Part shown: positions 48,191 to 57,914 of the stretch, in pieces
Layout of the letters: every line of letters begins with the position of its first letter
How positions within the stretch are numbered: the stretch's first letter is position 1
Source of the DNA: Candidatus Magasanikiibacteriota bacterium
GTDB taxonomy: Bacteria; Patescibacteriota; Patescibacteriia; Magasanikbacterales; GWA2-37-8
Length of the DNA stretch: 64,000 nt
Assembly: GCA_041665405.1 (NCBI GenBank)
Contig: JBAYIZ010000006.1
Coordinates: 407-64,406, forward strand
Reading direction: 5' to 3'
Translations under genes and position numbers: made by a program
The notes under the pieces: generated by a model
The model's database searches: none
What the model was told of the DNA's origin: nothing
The model's input: the letters and a program-made list of their open reading frames with translations, nothing else

Positions 48191-48198
48191 TAAAAACT

Positions 48199-48226
48199 TT
48201 GACTTTTTATTTAAAAGTGGTATTAT
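48199..48226 (+). promoter_or_regulatory. promoter TTGACT-16-(TGg)TATTAT for tRNA-Cys
   Basis: Consensus-like hexamers 16 nt upstream of the tRNA 5' end. Confidence 0.5.
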
Positions 48227-48241
48227 TTGAATACAAAATTT

Positions 48242-48313
48242 GGTACCGTTGCCAAGCAGTAAGGCAGAGCTCTGCAAAAGCTCTATGCGTGGGTGCAATT
48301 CCCACCGGTACCT
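48242..48313 (+). tRNA. tRNA-Cys (anticodon GCA), discriminator U73, atypical T-loop (UGCAAUU); CCA not encoded
   Basis: Acceptor GGTACCG/CGGTACC, anticodon stem GAGCT/AGCTC with loop CTGCAAA, T-stem GTGGG/CCCAC. U73 is the Cys identity element. Confidence 0.65.
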
Positions 48314-48341
48314 CGAAATAGCAGTAGTGCTGTAGAACAAA

Positions 48342-48443
48342 CATCCCAGACAATGACTTTTTCGCTTTTTTCGACCGCGAGGTCGAAAGGATGAGCCTCG
48401 GCTCATAACCCGCTCAAAAGTAATTGTCTGGGATGTTTTTTTG
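48342..48443 (+). ncRNA. structured repeat R2 copy C immediately 3' of tRNA-Cys; outer stem + T7 acts as an intrinsic terminator
   Basis: Core 48363-48415 has compensatory hairpin-1 changes (CGACC-GCGA-GGUCG versus GCCC-GCGA-GGGC). It lies inside a 16-bp stem CATCCCAGACAATGAC/GTAATTGTCTGGGATG followed by TTTTTTT. Confidence 0.55.
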
Positions 48444-48453
48444 TACCATAAAA

Positions 48454-48482
48454 TTGACTTTGTGTTTTTTATCAAGTAAAAT
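48454..48482 (+). promoter_or_regulatory. promoter TTGACT-17-TAAAAT reading into GC island 4
   Basis: AT-rich host-type promoter; the GC-rich leader begins directly after the -10. Confidence 0.45.
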
Positions 48483-48576
48483 ATTTTTGTGTCCCAAACG
48501 ACCGACGGTTCGCCGTTCGGTCACAACGACCACTTGCACCGCTCATCGGTGGTGGTCTCGAAAAGGAGAGAGAGCC

Positions 48577-48798
48577 ATGCGTGTGCTTCCCTCGATCCTG
48601 AACCAGAGCCGGAGACGGAGCGACAATTCCGCCGATTGCGGGCAGGTCGCGAGCTCCGAGGCCGACTTCATCCACAGGCAACTGCTCGAGCATGGCTTCT
48701 GCTCGGACATGAAGGAGGGCGCCGTCGGCACCGCCAACATGGTCGGCATCGTCTGTTCGACCGCGGCCGGCCGCGGAGCAGTAGTCCTCCTGGTGTAG
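48577..48798 (+). CDS. small GC-rich protein (73 aa), hypothetical; GC island 4
   Basis: Strong SD AAAGGAGAGAG-5-ATG. About 65% GC with high GC3. Sequence MRVLPSILNQSRRRSDNSADCGQVASSEADFIHRQLLEHGFCSDMKEGAVGTANMVGIVCSTAAGRGAVVLLV. The longer overlapping track ORFs are GC artefacts. Confidence 0.5.
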   Translation: MRVLPSILNQSRRRSDNSADCGQVASSEADFIHRQLLEHGFCSDMKEGAVGTANMVGIVCSTAAGRGAVVLLV

Positions 48799-48827
48799 GG
48801 CTCAGCTTCGTACGAGACAACCAGTGC

Positions 48828-48881
48828 GGCCGGACCGGGAGCTCCTTCGGGGGTTTCTGGTCCGGCCGTCGTTTCCTTTTT
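48828..48881 (+). terminator. GC-rich intrinsic terminator of island 4 (GGCCGGACC...GGTCCGGCC + T-run)
   Basis: 9-bp GC stem enclosing a second hairpin, followed by TTTCCTTTTTATT. Confidence 0.6.
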
Positions 48882-48962
48882 ATTATATTTAATACTCAAA
48901 GCGGGTATTTTTTTATTGCTCAAAAAAGGGTTTGCGTGTAAAATAAGAACGAATAATATTTT

Positions 48963-51638
48963 ATGTCAAAATTTGTAATTATTGATGGGAACGCTATTGT
49001 GCATCGTGCTTATCACGCTTTGCCTCCGATGAACACCAAAGACGGGGTGATGGTGAATGCGGTGTATGGATTTACTTCCATGTTGCTCAAGGTTTGGAAA
49101 GATTTGAGGCCCACGCATTTGTGTGTGAGTTTTGATGTGGCCGGTGGGACTTTTCGTCATGAGAAATTTGAGCAATACAAAGGTACGCGCGTGAAGGCGG
49201 ATCAGGAATTGTATGATCAGATGCCTTTGGTGCATGAAGTGGTGGAGGCGTTTAGTATTCCGATTTATGAAATGAAAGGGTATGAGGCGGATGATGTGAT
49301 TGGAACTGTGGTGCGTAGGATTGAAAACGAAGTGGACGAGGTGTATATTGTGACGGGTGATATGGACACCCTGCAATTGGTGGATGAAAAAATAAAAGTT
49401 TATACTTTGCGCAAAGGCATGAGCGATATTGTGATATATAATCCAGAAGAAGTAAAAAAGCGTTTTGGTTTTGGACCGGAATTGGTAATAGATTACAAAG
49501 CTTTGCGCGGAGATCCTTCGGATAATATTCCGGGGGTGCCTGGAATTGGTGAAAAAACAGCGACGGATTTGATTTTGAAATTTGGTGATTTGAAAGAAAT
49601 ATATAAAGTGGTAAACGCAGAAAAAGATAAAAAGAAAAGTGATTTATTTAGTTCGTCGGTTTTGAATAAATTATCGCAGGGTGAAAAAAGTGCACAGATG
49701 AGTTATGAATTGGCGACGATAGATTGTGCCGTACCGGGTTTGAATTTTAGTTTGGAAAATTGTGCGATGAGTGAATTTGATCATGATAAAATTTTGAAAT
49801 TATTTCAGAAATTTGAGTTTGTGTCTTTGATGAAACGGATTCCTGGGTTTGATAAGTATGATGTGGTGGAACCAGAAAAAACTACGACAGTAAAAAGCAA
49901 GAAAATGGCTGAATTAAATTTTAAAGAACTAGGGAATAAAAGCGAGGCAAAAGAATTGGTGGAGAAAATAAAAAAGAACGGGCAGTTTGCCTGTCGGGCG
50001 GCGATGAGTGGGAAAGATGTTTTGACCAGTGACTTTTTTGGGTTGGTGGTGATTGTGGAAAGTGAAGGGTATTTTGTTAAAAATAATTTGGTGGAAGAAT
50101 TTTTGCCGATTTTTGACGATGAAAAAATTGAATTGGTGGGGCATGATTTGAAACAATTGGTGAAGGTTTTATTATTGCAAAAACAGGAAATAAAAAACTC
50201 TTTGTTTGATGTAATGGTGGGGTCGTATCTGCTCAACCCAGGCAGTCGTGCTCATGATAGTGCCAGTGTGGTGTTGAAAATATTGGATAAAGAATTAAAG
50301 GTGGGTAGTGGGCAAGAAAGTTTATTCGGGGTAGATGCAAAAGCGTTGGCGGCGGAGTTATATTTAATATTACAAACTGTTGAAAAAATTAAAACTGAAT
50401 TGAACAAGACAGATAATTTGGGTTTGTTACAAAAAATAGAAATGCCGTTACTTTTGGTGTTGGCACAGATGGAATTAAATGGGATTGCGGTGGATTTGGA
50501 GATGCTCCAAAAATTATCGGTAGAAGTAAATGATAGTATTAAAAAAGTTTCCAAAAAGATTTTTGATTTAGCCGGAATGGAATTTAATATTTCTTCACCG
50601 TTGCAATTGAGGGAAGTATTATTTGAAAAACTGGATATTCCTGTCGAGGGAATAAAAAAAGGCAAGACCGGTTTATCTACTTCGGCTGAACAATTGGAAA
50701 AAATGCACGGGCTACATCCGATTATTAAAGAAATTGAAATTTATCGTGAGTTGGCTAAATTGCAAAATACTTATGTGGACGTATTACCGACTTTGATTAA
50801 TAAAAAAACAGGACGAATTCACACCACCTTTAATCAGGCGGTGACGGCCACCGGCAGGCTGTCTAGTTCTGAACCGAATTTACAGAACATTCCAATTCGT
50901 ACCGAGATCGGTCGTGAAGTGCGCAAGGCGTTTGTGTCTGAAAAGGGTAACGTGTTGATTAGTGCAGATTACTCACAGATTGAATTGCGAATTGTGGCTT
51001 CGATGGCGCAAGACAAACGGATGATGGAAATTTTTGAAAAAGATTTAGATATTCATAGAGCCACAGCGGCGGCGATCAATGGAGTTCCGCTAGAAGAAGT
51101 CACCAAAGAAATGCGTCGCGCGGCCAAAGAAATTAATTTTGGTGTGTTGTATGGTATGGGAACATACGGTCTAAGTTGGCGCGCGGAAATTTCTCATGCT
51201 CAGGCGAAAGAATTTATCCAAAAATATTTTGAACAATTTAGCGGGGTAAAGCAGTATATAGATCAGACATTGGAATTCACTAAGACAGAAGGATATTGTG
51301 AAACGCTATTTGGGCGCCGAAGATATTTGCCAGAATTGAGATCACAAAATTTTCAGATGCGCAGTGCGGCCGAACGCATGGCGATTAACCACCCTATCCA
51401 AGGCACAGCTGCCGATCTGATCAAGATGGCGATGATTGAAGTGGGAAAAAAATTGAAAGAATATCCAGAGGTAAGAATGCTTTTGCAAGTACACGACGAA
51501 TTGGTGTTAGAAGTGAAAAAAGGTGAAGAAGAAAAGATCGGCAAGATTCTCAAAGAGACGATGGAAAATGTGGTGAAGCTGAGGGTGCCGGTAAAGGTAG
51601 AGGTGAACATCGGACATAGTTGGGGGGAGATGAAATAA
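48963..51638 (+). CDS. polA: DNA polymerase I
   Basis: N-terminal 5'-3' exonuclease (FEN) domain. Pol A motifs DYSQIELR, RRAAKEINFGVLYG, HDELV. Confidence 0.9.
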   Translation: MSKFVIIDGNAIVHRAYHALPPMNTKDGVMVNAVYGFTSMLLKVWKDLRPTHLCVSFDVAGGTFRHEKFEQYKGTRVKADQELYDQMPLVHEVVEAFSIPIYEMKGYEADDVIGTVVRRIENEVDEVYIVTGDMDTLQLVDEKIKVYTLRKGMSDIVIYNPEEVKKRFGFGPELVIDYKALRGDPSDNIPGVPGIGEKTATDLILKFGDLKEIYKVVNAEKDKKKSDLFSSSVLNKLSQGEKSAQMSYELATIDCAVPGLNFSLENCAMSEFDHDKILKLFQKFEFVSLMKRIPGFDKYDVVEPEKTTTVKSKKMAELNFKELGNKSEAKELVEKIKKNGQFACRAAMSGKDVLTSDFFGLVVIVESEGYFVKNNLVEEFLPIFDDEKIELVGHDLKQLVKVLLLQKQEIKNSLFDVMVGSYLLNPGSRAHDSASVVLKILDKELKVGSGQESLFGVDAKALAAELYLILQTVEKIKTELNKTDNLGLLQKIEMPLLLVLAQMELNGIAVDLEMLQKLSVEVNDSIKKVSKKIFDLAGMEFNISSPLQLREVLFEKLDIPVEGIKKGKTGLSTSAEQLEKMHGLHPIIKEIEIYRELAKLQNTYVDVLPTLINKKTGRIHTTFNQAVTATGRLSSSEPNLQNIPIRTEIGREVRKAFVSEKGNVLISADYSQIELRIVASMAQDKRMMEIFEKDLDIHRATAAAINGVPLEEVTKEMRRAAKEINFGVLYGMGTYGLSWRAEISHAQAKEFIQKYFEQFSGVKQYIDQTLEFTKTEGYCETLFGRRRYLPELRSQNFQMRSAAERMAINHPIQGTAADLIKMAMIEVGKKLKEYPEVRMLLQVHDELVLEVKKGEEEKIGKILKETMENVVKLRVPVKVEVNIGHSWGEMK

Positions 51639-51683
51639 AATTAAAAAAATCGACCACACAAAGTAGTCGGTTTTTTTGTTTGT

Positions 51684-53282
51684 TTATTTTTTTATACTTC
51701 TCAACATTATTCTTTTAAAATCTTGCGCAATTTCATAACGCAAGCCTTTTCTATTTAAGTTAACCTTGTTTCTAAGAGTTTCTAAGTATGTTTTATGTTC
51801 TGAACTTGTTAAGTATTCTCGCATGATTTCATCCCTTAATTTTGCCCAATCCTCAGAGTTTTTAAGCCATTGTTTTTCTAGAGGGACACCTAATGTTTTG
51901 TACATTTTTGCTGGATCCATTACGCTATGCATAGTATCATGTTTTCTAAAAAGTTTTGGATTCTCTCGGGCGTTTTTTTCTTTTTCAAACATGTTACTAT
52001 ACATACCAAAATCGATAGTTCCAACGATAGGTGTCCAAATATTTATACGGTAGTTGGTTTGAGGATTTTTTTTCATAAATGTAAGCATGGTCTTCTTTAT
52101 TTCATCTTTTGTATATCGAAAATGTTCGGGTAACCCTAAGATTAGCAAGGTTCTCACCATGAGAAATTTTTTTGCAGAATTAATAAACTCTGTAGCCACT
52201 TCAAGACTATCGCCTTTTGCTAAATCTTTTCTATTGCCGATAACATCTTCTACACCAACGGCAATTTCAATACAGCCAGCTTCAGCCATTTCTTTAAATT
52301 TTCTTAAACCCTCAAACTGCTTGACGCTCATAAAAGCAACCCACCCCATCTTATTTTTATGTTGCTGATTGAAGTGTTTCATAAAATTTATAAAATCTTC
52401 AAAGTGTTTCGGGTTGGCATTTAGTAAGGCATCACGTACAAAAACAAAATCCTTACCTTGTTTATAAAGTTTTTTTATTTCATTTTTGGCTGTGTCAAGA
52501 CAAGACACATATCCACCATAAAAAGAATCACTAGTGCAGAAAGTGCATTTATGAATACATCCGGCGCTAGTAGCTGTCGAACCGGCATTTTTGAAGTGTT
52601 TGTCTAATTCTAAAAAAGGCATTTTATTTATTTGAGAGCCATCGGTAGAAGCCGCTACAGGTATCAATATCTCAAGAGCATTGTTTTCTGTTAGCCGAGG
52701 AAAATTTTTACCAGTTTTTTTAGTGTTTTCAACAATACATAAATTTGTGTTTGTATCCTTTGTTGTATACGCAATTGAGCCTATTTTTTTCAAAGGAACC
52801 CCTAACGATAGAGCCAACATTGGCAATTCTCCTTGTCCGGTACAACAAATATCTATCCCAGTAATTTCTGGGTGTTGTAAAATCCATTTATAATCAAGCG
52901 CAAAATGTTCAGCCCCTCCGATTACTGTTTTTTGAGGATACTTGTTTTTTATTTTACGACACAACTCAAAGGATTCATTTATACTAGTAGACTGACTACT
53001 AATGCCAATAATTTCGGATTGTTGAATAAGATTTTCCATTGCGGACGTTTTTTGGTCTTGAAGATATGCTATGTCCACCGATATGCCAAATTTTTTTAAG
53101 TATCCAGCTATTCTTTTGATGCCGAGATTTTCTAATCTTAAATGATATTCGTCGGCTTCATATTTGGATTCGGTTATGTTGCCGTCAATAAGTAGAACCC
53201 TTTTTCTGGGTAGTTTTTTGTTGAAAGCCATTTTTTGCAGAGCATTCAATGAAATAATTTGTGTTGTTGTCGAAGTTTCCAT
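51684..53282 (-). CDS. B12-binding-domain radical SAM protein
   Basis: N-terminal Rossmann-like B12-binding-type region. Radical SAM cluster motif CIHKCTFC (Cx3Cx2C); 532 aa. Confidence 0.7.
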   Translation of the reverse strand: METSTTTQIISLNALQKMAFNKKLPRKRVLLIDGNITESKYEADEYHLRLENLGIKRIAGYLKKFGISVDIAYLQDQKTSAMENLIQQSEIIGISSQSTSINESFELCRKIKNKYPQKTVIGGAEHFALDYKWILQHPEITGIDICCTGQGELPMLALSLGVPLKKIGSIAYTTKDTNTNLCIVENTKKTGKNFPRLTENNALEILIPVAASTDGSQINKMPFLELDKHFKNAGSTATSAGCIHKCTFCTSDSFYGGYVSCLDTAKNEIKKLYKQGKDFVFVRDALLNANPKHFEDFINFMKHFNQQHKNKMGWVAFMSVKQFEGLRKFKEMAEAGCIEIAVGVEDVIGNRKDLAKGDSLEVATEFINSAKKFLMVRTLLILGLPEHFRYTKDEIKKTMLTFMKKNPQTNYRINIWTPIVGTIDFGMYSNMFEKEKNARENPKLFRKHDTMHSVMDPAKMYKTLGVPLEKQWLKNSEDWAKLRDEIMREYLTSSEHKTYLETLRNKVNLNRKGLRYEIAQDFKRIMLRSIKK

Positions 53283-53288
53283 AGTATT

Positions 53289-53978
53289 TTATTTTTTACA
53301 CACAATCAAAGCGGTGTTGGTGCGCAAGAATTTGAGTTCGACTTTGAATCCGACATTCTTTAACCATTTAATCTGATCTTCAATTGGAGCAAGATCGTTT
53401 AAGAACATGTGGTGGTATGCCCACTCGGTCAAAGTTTTTTTGTCTGTCGCATTTTCCACCAAGTGATGAAAGTGCAAAGCGTTATTAAGCGCGGCGGTAT
53501 GTTTGTCTTGGTAAGTCACCAAATCTCCAAAAATAAATACGCCGCCTGATTTAAGCAAAGAATATATTTTTTTGAATAATTTCTTTTTACCGGCTGTGTT
53601 TTGGTGATGAATGCCGATTACTGAAACTATTAAATCATATTTAATATCAAATTTAATTTTGGAGTAATCACCATAAACATATTTTACATTTTTGCCAAGT
53701 TTTTTCTTGGCACTGTTTATCATTTGTCTGGAGAAATCCACCACCGTTAGTTTGCTATTTGGTAGAACATCTTTTATTAATTTGCTAGTAAGACCAGTAC
53801 CAACTCCAAGATCCAACATTTTAATATTTTTGTTCACAAAAGCTTTTTTTGCGTAATTCAAAATATTATAATGAATTTCTAAGTGGTGCGGAATGGAATT
53901 TACAATATCTCGGTCATATTTGTTTAATGAATAATGGTCGTAATTCAACTGAGACGGTTTTACATTGGTTGTTTTCAT
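53289..53978 (-). CDS. class I SAM-dependent methyltransferase
   Basis: Motif I LDLGVGTGLTS; post-I acidic residue; 229 aa. Confidence 0.8.
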   Translation of the reverse strand: MKTTNVKPSQLNYDHYSLNKYDRDIVNSIPHHLEIHYNILNYAKKAFVNKNIKMLDLGVGTGLTSKLIKDVLPNSKLTVVDFSRQMINSAKKKLGKNVKYVYGDYSKIKFDIKYDLIVSVIGIHHQNTAGKKKLFKKIYSLLKSGGVFIFGDLVTYQDKHTAALNNALHFHHLVENATDKKTLTEWAYHHMFLNDLAPIEDQIKWLKNVGFKVELKFLRTNTALIVCKK

Positions 53979-53980
53979 AT

Positions 53981-55336
53981 TTATGAGGTTATTTTATTTA
54001 TAGCGACGATCAACCGTTCGATATCATTGTTTGTATTGCATAGAGCGATAGAGGCGCGAATTAGGGCTGGAATGGTTTTGACGTTGCCATGTTTAACTGA
54101 ATCGACAATGGCATTATCGTTCTTTATTCCTAAAAGTTTTCGTATTACGTGATAGGTACAGAAACTTCCCGCTCTTACACCGATTCCGTATTCGCTATTA
54201 AGTCTTTCGGCCACTTCGTTGGAATCCATATTTTTTATACGAAACGGTATAACGGTTCCTAATTTTTCTTTTTTAACAAACATTTCTACGTTGGGGTTTT
54301 TCTTTAGTGCATCAAACAGTTTGTTTGTTAAAGTTGATTCATACTGACAAATTTTATCTATGCCAATTTTTTTGAGTTGCTCAAGTGCAATAGCCATGGT
54401 AACCGCACCGATAGCATTAGGCGTGCCTGGATCGTGTGCGAGTTGATTTCTGTATCGCAAGAACTCGCCAGTTTTTGTTATGTAAGGAAGATTACCGCCA
54501 CCAATTTGATAAGGTAAAAAAGAATCAAGAAAGTTTTTTGGTCCGATTAAGAAACCTCCGCCATATGGGGCGTAAAACTTATGACCAGAAGCGGCCAAAA
54601 AATCTATTCCCATTTCTTTCATATCCAATTTGTGATGTTGTAAAAATTGGCAGGCGTCAACCAGAAAATATGCGCCATATCGGTGAGCAAGCATTCCAAT
54701 TTTTTTAATATCAGGACAATATCCCGTAACATTTGAAGAAGCAGTAAGAACTAATACTTTGATATGATTTTTTTTGAGTAAATTTTCTATTATGTCTAAA
54801 TCAAATTCAAAATTTTCATTAACATCATATTGTAATACTTGGCGACGTCCTAAGTATTGAATTTGTTCGTTGACGCTATCCATTTCTCCAAAAGTATTTT
54901 GTTGTCCACCCAAAGCTTTGATACCTTCAGATTTTATCCAAGGCAACCAAGATGAACTATGCTCAATAGACGACACAGCGATTTTTCCTTTTAGGAAAGA
55001 AAAAAAGTGGGCGGCTGTATTGATTGCCCCAGTAGTATTATTGGTAAACAAAACATATGAATCAGACGGAGCATTAACAAAGGATTTGATTATCTCGCGA
55101 CTGTTTTCATATACATCGGTGGAGATTTTTGATTTTTTCCCCGCGCCACGATGTACCGATCCGTAGCTAGTTATGTATTTTGATAGTCCGCGTTCGACTG
55201 TTTTAAGGGGAGGAGTGGTGGCAGCATTGTCCAAGTTCACATAATCAACTTTTCCTAAAATTGAGGTTGTGACTGCGTATTTTAGGATTTTGGTTGAAAA
55301 CAGTTTGGTAGGGTCAATTTGGCTTGGTTTGTTCAT
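53981..55336 (-). CDS. class V aminotransferase / cysteine desulfurase-family PLP enzyme
   Basis: YVNLDNAATTPP N-terminus, NTTGAINTAA, PLP-lysine motif ASGHKFYAPYGGG. Confidence 0.8.
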   Translation of the reverse strand: MNKPSQIDPTKLFSTKILKYAVTTSILGKVDYVNLDNAATTPPLKTVERGLSKYITSYGSVHRGAGKKSKISTDVYENSREIIKSFVNAPSDSYVLFTNNTTGAINTAAHFFSFLKGKIAVSSIEHSSSWLPWIKSEGIKALGGQQNTFGEMDSVNEQIQYLGRRQVLQYDVNENFEFDLDIIENLLKKNHIKVLVLTASSNVTGYCPDIKKIGMLAHRYGAYFLVDACQFLQHHKLDMKEMGIDFLAASGHKFYAPYGGGFLIGPKNFLDSFLPYQIGGGNLPYITKTGEFLRYRNQLAHDPGTPNAIGAVTMAIALEQLKKIGIDKICQYESTLTNKLFDALKKNPNVEMFVKKEKLGTVIPFRIKNMDSNEVAERLNSEYGIGVRAGSFCTYHVIRKLLGIKNDNAIVDSVKHGNVKTIPALIRASIALCNTNNDIERLIVAINKITS

Positions 55337-55485
55337 ATATGCTATTTGTTATTAAATAACGCGTTATAATAGCATTTTTTACACATTCCGTCAATCATTT
55401 GGGACACACAAACTTGACAAAAGATAGTAAATAAGCTAAAATACAGAATATATTATTCCGTGTCGTAAATTATTGACAACTAAAT

Positions 55486-56220
55486 ATGGAAAATTTGAAT
55501 ATTCTAAAAGAACTCGGTTTAGACGACCAAGAAGCGAGTGTATATATGGCTTTATTAAAATTGGGTGGATCTCAAGCCAGTGTTGTAGCCAAAGATGTTG
55601 GCATTAAACGGACAACAGTTTACCCTGTTTTGCAGGCGTTGGCGGCCAAAGGGATGGTAAATGTTTATTTTCGAAAAAACCGCCATTTCTATTATGCTCA
55701 AAAACCAAATAGAGTGGTGGGTATTTTCAAAAAGAAAATAGAATCATTTGAAAGTATTATTCCAATGTTGGAACTAGTTGAAAAAAAACAAGTGATGGCC
55801 ACGGGTTTGCGCTTTATTGAAACAGTTGAAGAATTAAAACAATTTTATAACGGAATTTTAGATGAGTATAAAGGGAAGCAATATCTGGCAATTGGAAATA
55901 CGGCGGCATGGGAGGGATTGGAACCAGAATTTTTTGTAAACTTTCGTAGACAAAGAGCAGAAAATAAAATTAAAACGAAATTACTATTAACATTTAATTC
56001 TGTCGAAATAAATCCAATAGAAACCTCGCTATTAAGAGAGTGGAAATATCTTCCTGAAAAATATAAATTTCAAAGTACGATAGATATTTTTAATGATAAA
56101 ATTTTGATTGTGAGTCCGGAGCTAAGTTCGTTGGCGGTGGTGATCGCGGTGCCGGCGATGACGGATATTTTTAAATCTGTTTTTGAGATGTTGTGGCAGA
56201 TGTTGCCGGAGGTGAAATAA
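55486..56220 (+). CDS. TrmB-like winged-helix transcriptional regulator (short paralog, 244 aa)
   Basis: N-terminal LKELGLDDQEASVYMALLKLGGSQASVVAKDVGIKRTTVYPVLQALAAKGMV matches the TrmB wHTH. Divergent from the aminotransferase operon. Confidence 0.7.
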   Translation: MENLNILKELGLDDQEASVYMALLKLGGSQASVVAKDVGIKRTTVYPVLQALAAKGMVNVYFRKNRHFYYAQKPNRVVGIFKKKIESFESIIPMLELVEKKQVMATGLRFIETVEELKQFYNGILDEYKGKQYLAIGNTAAWEGLEPEFFVNFRRQRAENKIKTKLLLTFNSVEINPIETSLLREWKYLPEKYKFQSTIDIFNDKILIVSPELSSLAVVIAVPAMTDIFKSVFEMLWQMLPEVK

Positions 56221-56226
56221 TTAAAA

Positions 56227-56260
56227 CAAAAAACCGATTGCAATATGCAGTCGGTTTTTT
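56227..56260 (+). terminator. conserved intrinsic terminator AAAAAACCGATTGCAATATGCAGTCGGTTTTTTT (family shared by TrmB paralogs)
   Basis: 8-bp stem with a G-U pair plus T-run. Near-identical copies at 61128-61162 and 63041-63076. Confidence 0.65.
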
Positions 56261-56269
56261 TAGTTTATT

Positions 56270-57910
56270 TTACTCAATAAAAAGATTTTCCGTAGAATAA
56301 TTATTTTTTATTAATTTATCATTTATTAAAACTTTTATAATTTCATCAACCACTGAATTAAAATCATCTGGAATTGTATCAAAGAATTCTATCTTTTTTA
56401 ATGATTCGGTTAATTCGCGCTCAGGTATCCCAACATGAGATGAGGCAATATTTATTACCTCTTTTTCTTGTTTTTTCCATATCGCGACGGATTGATTCCA
56501 CACCTTCTTAATTTTTTCAATCTCTTTGGTTTTTTGTTGTAGTAATTTATTGTTTACAATCAATACATCATATAGGATAGGATAATCGTTTGTGGTTTTT
56601 AAAATATTTATATTTGAAAGTTCAAGCGCTTTTTCAAGCCATGGCTCCCAAATAATTCCAGCTTCAATATTACCCGCGATAATTCCAGCTCCAATTTCAG
56701 AGCATTGCATATCTTTAATTTTTACATCTTTAGAGGTCATCCCTTCTTTTTGGAGAATATATGAGAGAAAAAATTCCGCCACCGATCCTTTTTCGAGTCC
56801 TATGGTTTTACCTTTTAATTCAATTACGGATTTTATATTTGACTGTGCAACTAACGCATCGCCACCGACGGAGCGATTCAATACCTTTACTATTCTAAGA
56901 TCTGTTATTTTTGAGTGTAATTCGATGGCTTTATCTAGGGTAACATTTATTGCGTCTAGCTTTCCTTGCTCCCACAGCTCAACTTTTTTCTTGTTATCTT
57001 CAAAATTGATTTGTTCCACATCAAGCGACTCGTCGATAAACAGACCGCTATCTTTTGCATAGTAAAGGGGGGTGTTTCCAGACCAAATATATAATCCCAT
57101 TTTGAAAACATCAGTATCAGTAACAATCCCTTCTTCCAAGCTCGCCTTGATTGATTCTGAACGAATAATGTAACTGATGAACTTTTTTAGTTTTATAAAA
57201 TCTTCATGGAATCTGATTTCAGGTTTTCGTGGTCGTTTGATATTTACTTTTACTACCTGTTTGACAGTTCCTGGATTTAGTCCTAAGACAATAATTCTAT
57301 CCGCTAAGTATATTGCTTCATCAATGTCATGGGTGACTAAAATCATTGTTTTTTGTTCTTCTTCCCATAGTCTTGCTAAAAATTCTTGCATTTGAGATCT
57401 CGTTTGTACATCAAGAGCGCCAAAAGGTTCGTCAAATGCAATTAGGTCAGTCTGTTGTGCTATTGCTCTGGCAATAGCGATTCTTTGTTGCATGCCTCCT
57501 GAAAGCTTGTTGGGGAAATAATCTTTGACCTTGTAAAGGCCAACTCGTTTAAGTAATTTGTTAGTTTCAGTACGTACTTCAGTCTCAGACATATTTTTAC
57601 CGTAAAATCCAATGGCAATATTTTCGAAAACATTCAACCAAGGAAAATTAGAGTATTGCTGAGAAACTAATGCAATTCTATTATTTTCTAAATATTTGGA
57701 GCTGTCTAAACCATTGATTTTTATATTTCCTTCGAATACAGTGTCCAAACCTGTTACGCATTTTAAAATAGTGCTTTTACCTGAGCCGCTTGGGCCAACT
57801 ATACACACTATCTCCCCCTTTTTTATATCAAAAGAGATATCATTTATTGCGATAAAAGATTTATTTTCGCGATCATAATAATGTTTAGTTAGTTTGTGGA
57901 CTTCAATCAT
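56270..57910 (-). CDS. ABC transporter ATPase (NitT/TauT family) fused to a C-terminal NMT1/THI5-like domain
   Basis: Walker A GPSGSGKST, signature LSGGMQQR, Walker B IAFDEP. An extra 300-aa C-terminal periplasmic-binding-like domain. Start set to ATG 57910, 5 nt after the permease stop. Confidence 0.8.
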   Translation of the reverse strand: MIEVHKLTKHYYDRENKSFIAINDISFDIKKGEIVCIVGPSGSGKSTILKCVTGLDTVFEGNIKINGLDSSKYLENNRIALVSQQYSNFPWLNVFENIAIGFYGKNMSETEVRTETNKLLKRVGLYKVKDYFPNKLSGGMQQRIAIARAIAQQTDLIAFDEPFGALDVQTRSQMQEFLARLWEEEQKTMILVTHDIDEAIYLADRIIVLGLNPGTVKQVVKVNIKRPRKPEIRFHEDFIKLKKFISYIIRSESIKASLEEGIVTDTDVFKMGLYIWSGNTPLYYAKDSGLFIDESLDVEQINFEDNKKKVELWEQGKLDAINVTLDKAIELHSKITDLRIVKVLNRSVGGDALVAQSNIKSVIELKGKTIGLEKGSVAEFFLSYILQKEGMTSKDVKIKDMQCSEIGAGIIAGNIEAGIIWEPWLEKALELSNINILKTTNDYPILYDVLIVNNKLLQQKTKEIEKIKKVWNQSVAIWKKQEKEVINIASSHVGIPERELTESLKKIEFFDTIPDDFNSVVDEIIKVLINDKLIKNNYSTENLFIE

Positions 57911-57914
57911 AATT

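Noticed and set aside
48424-48941. Long track ORFs 48424..48798, 48489..48941, 48543..48923 spanning island 4
   Set aside because: The N-terminal extensions run through the AT-rich promoter and leader. The internal ATG with a strong SD (48577) is the credible start. The other frames are Arg/Pro-rich GC artefacts.
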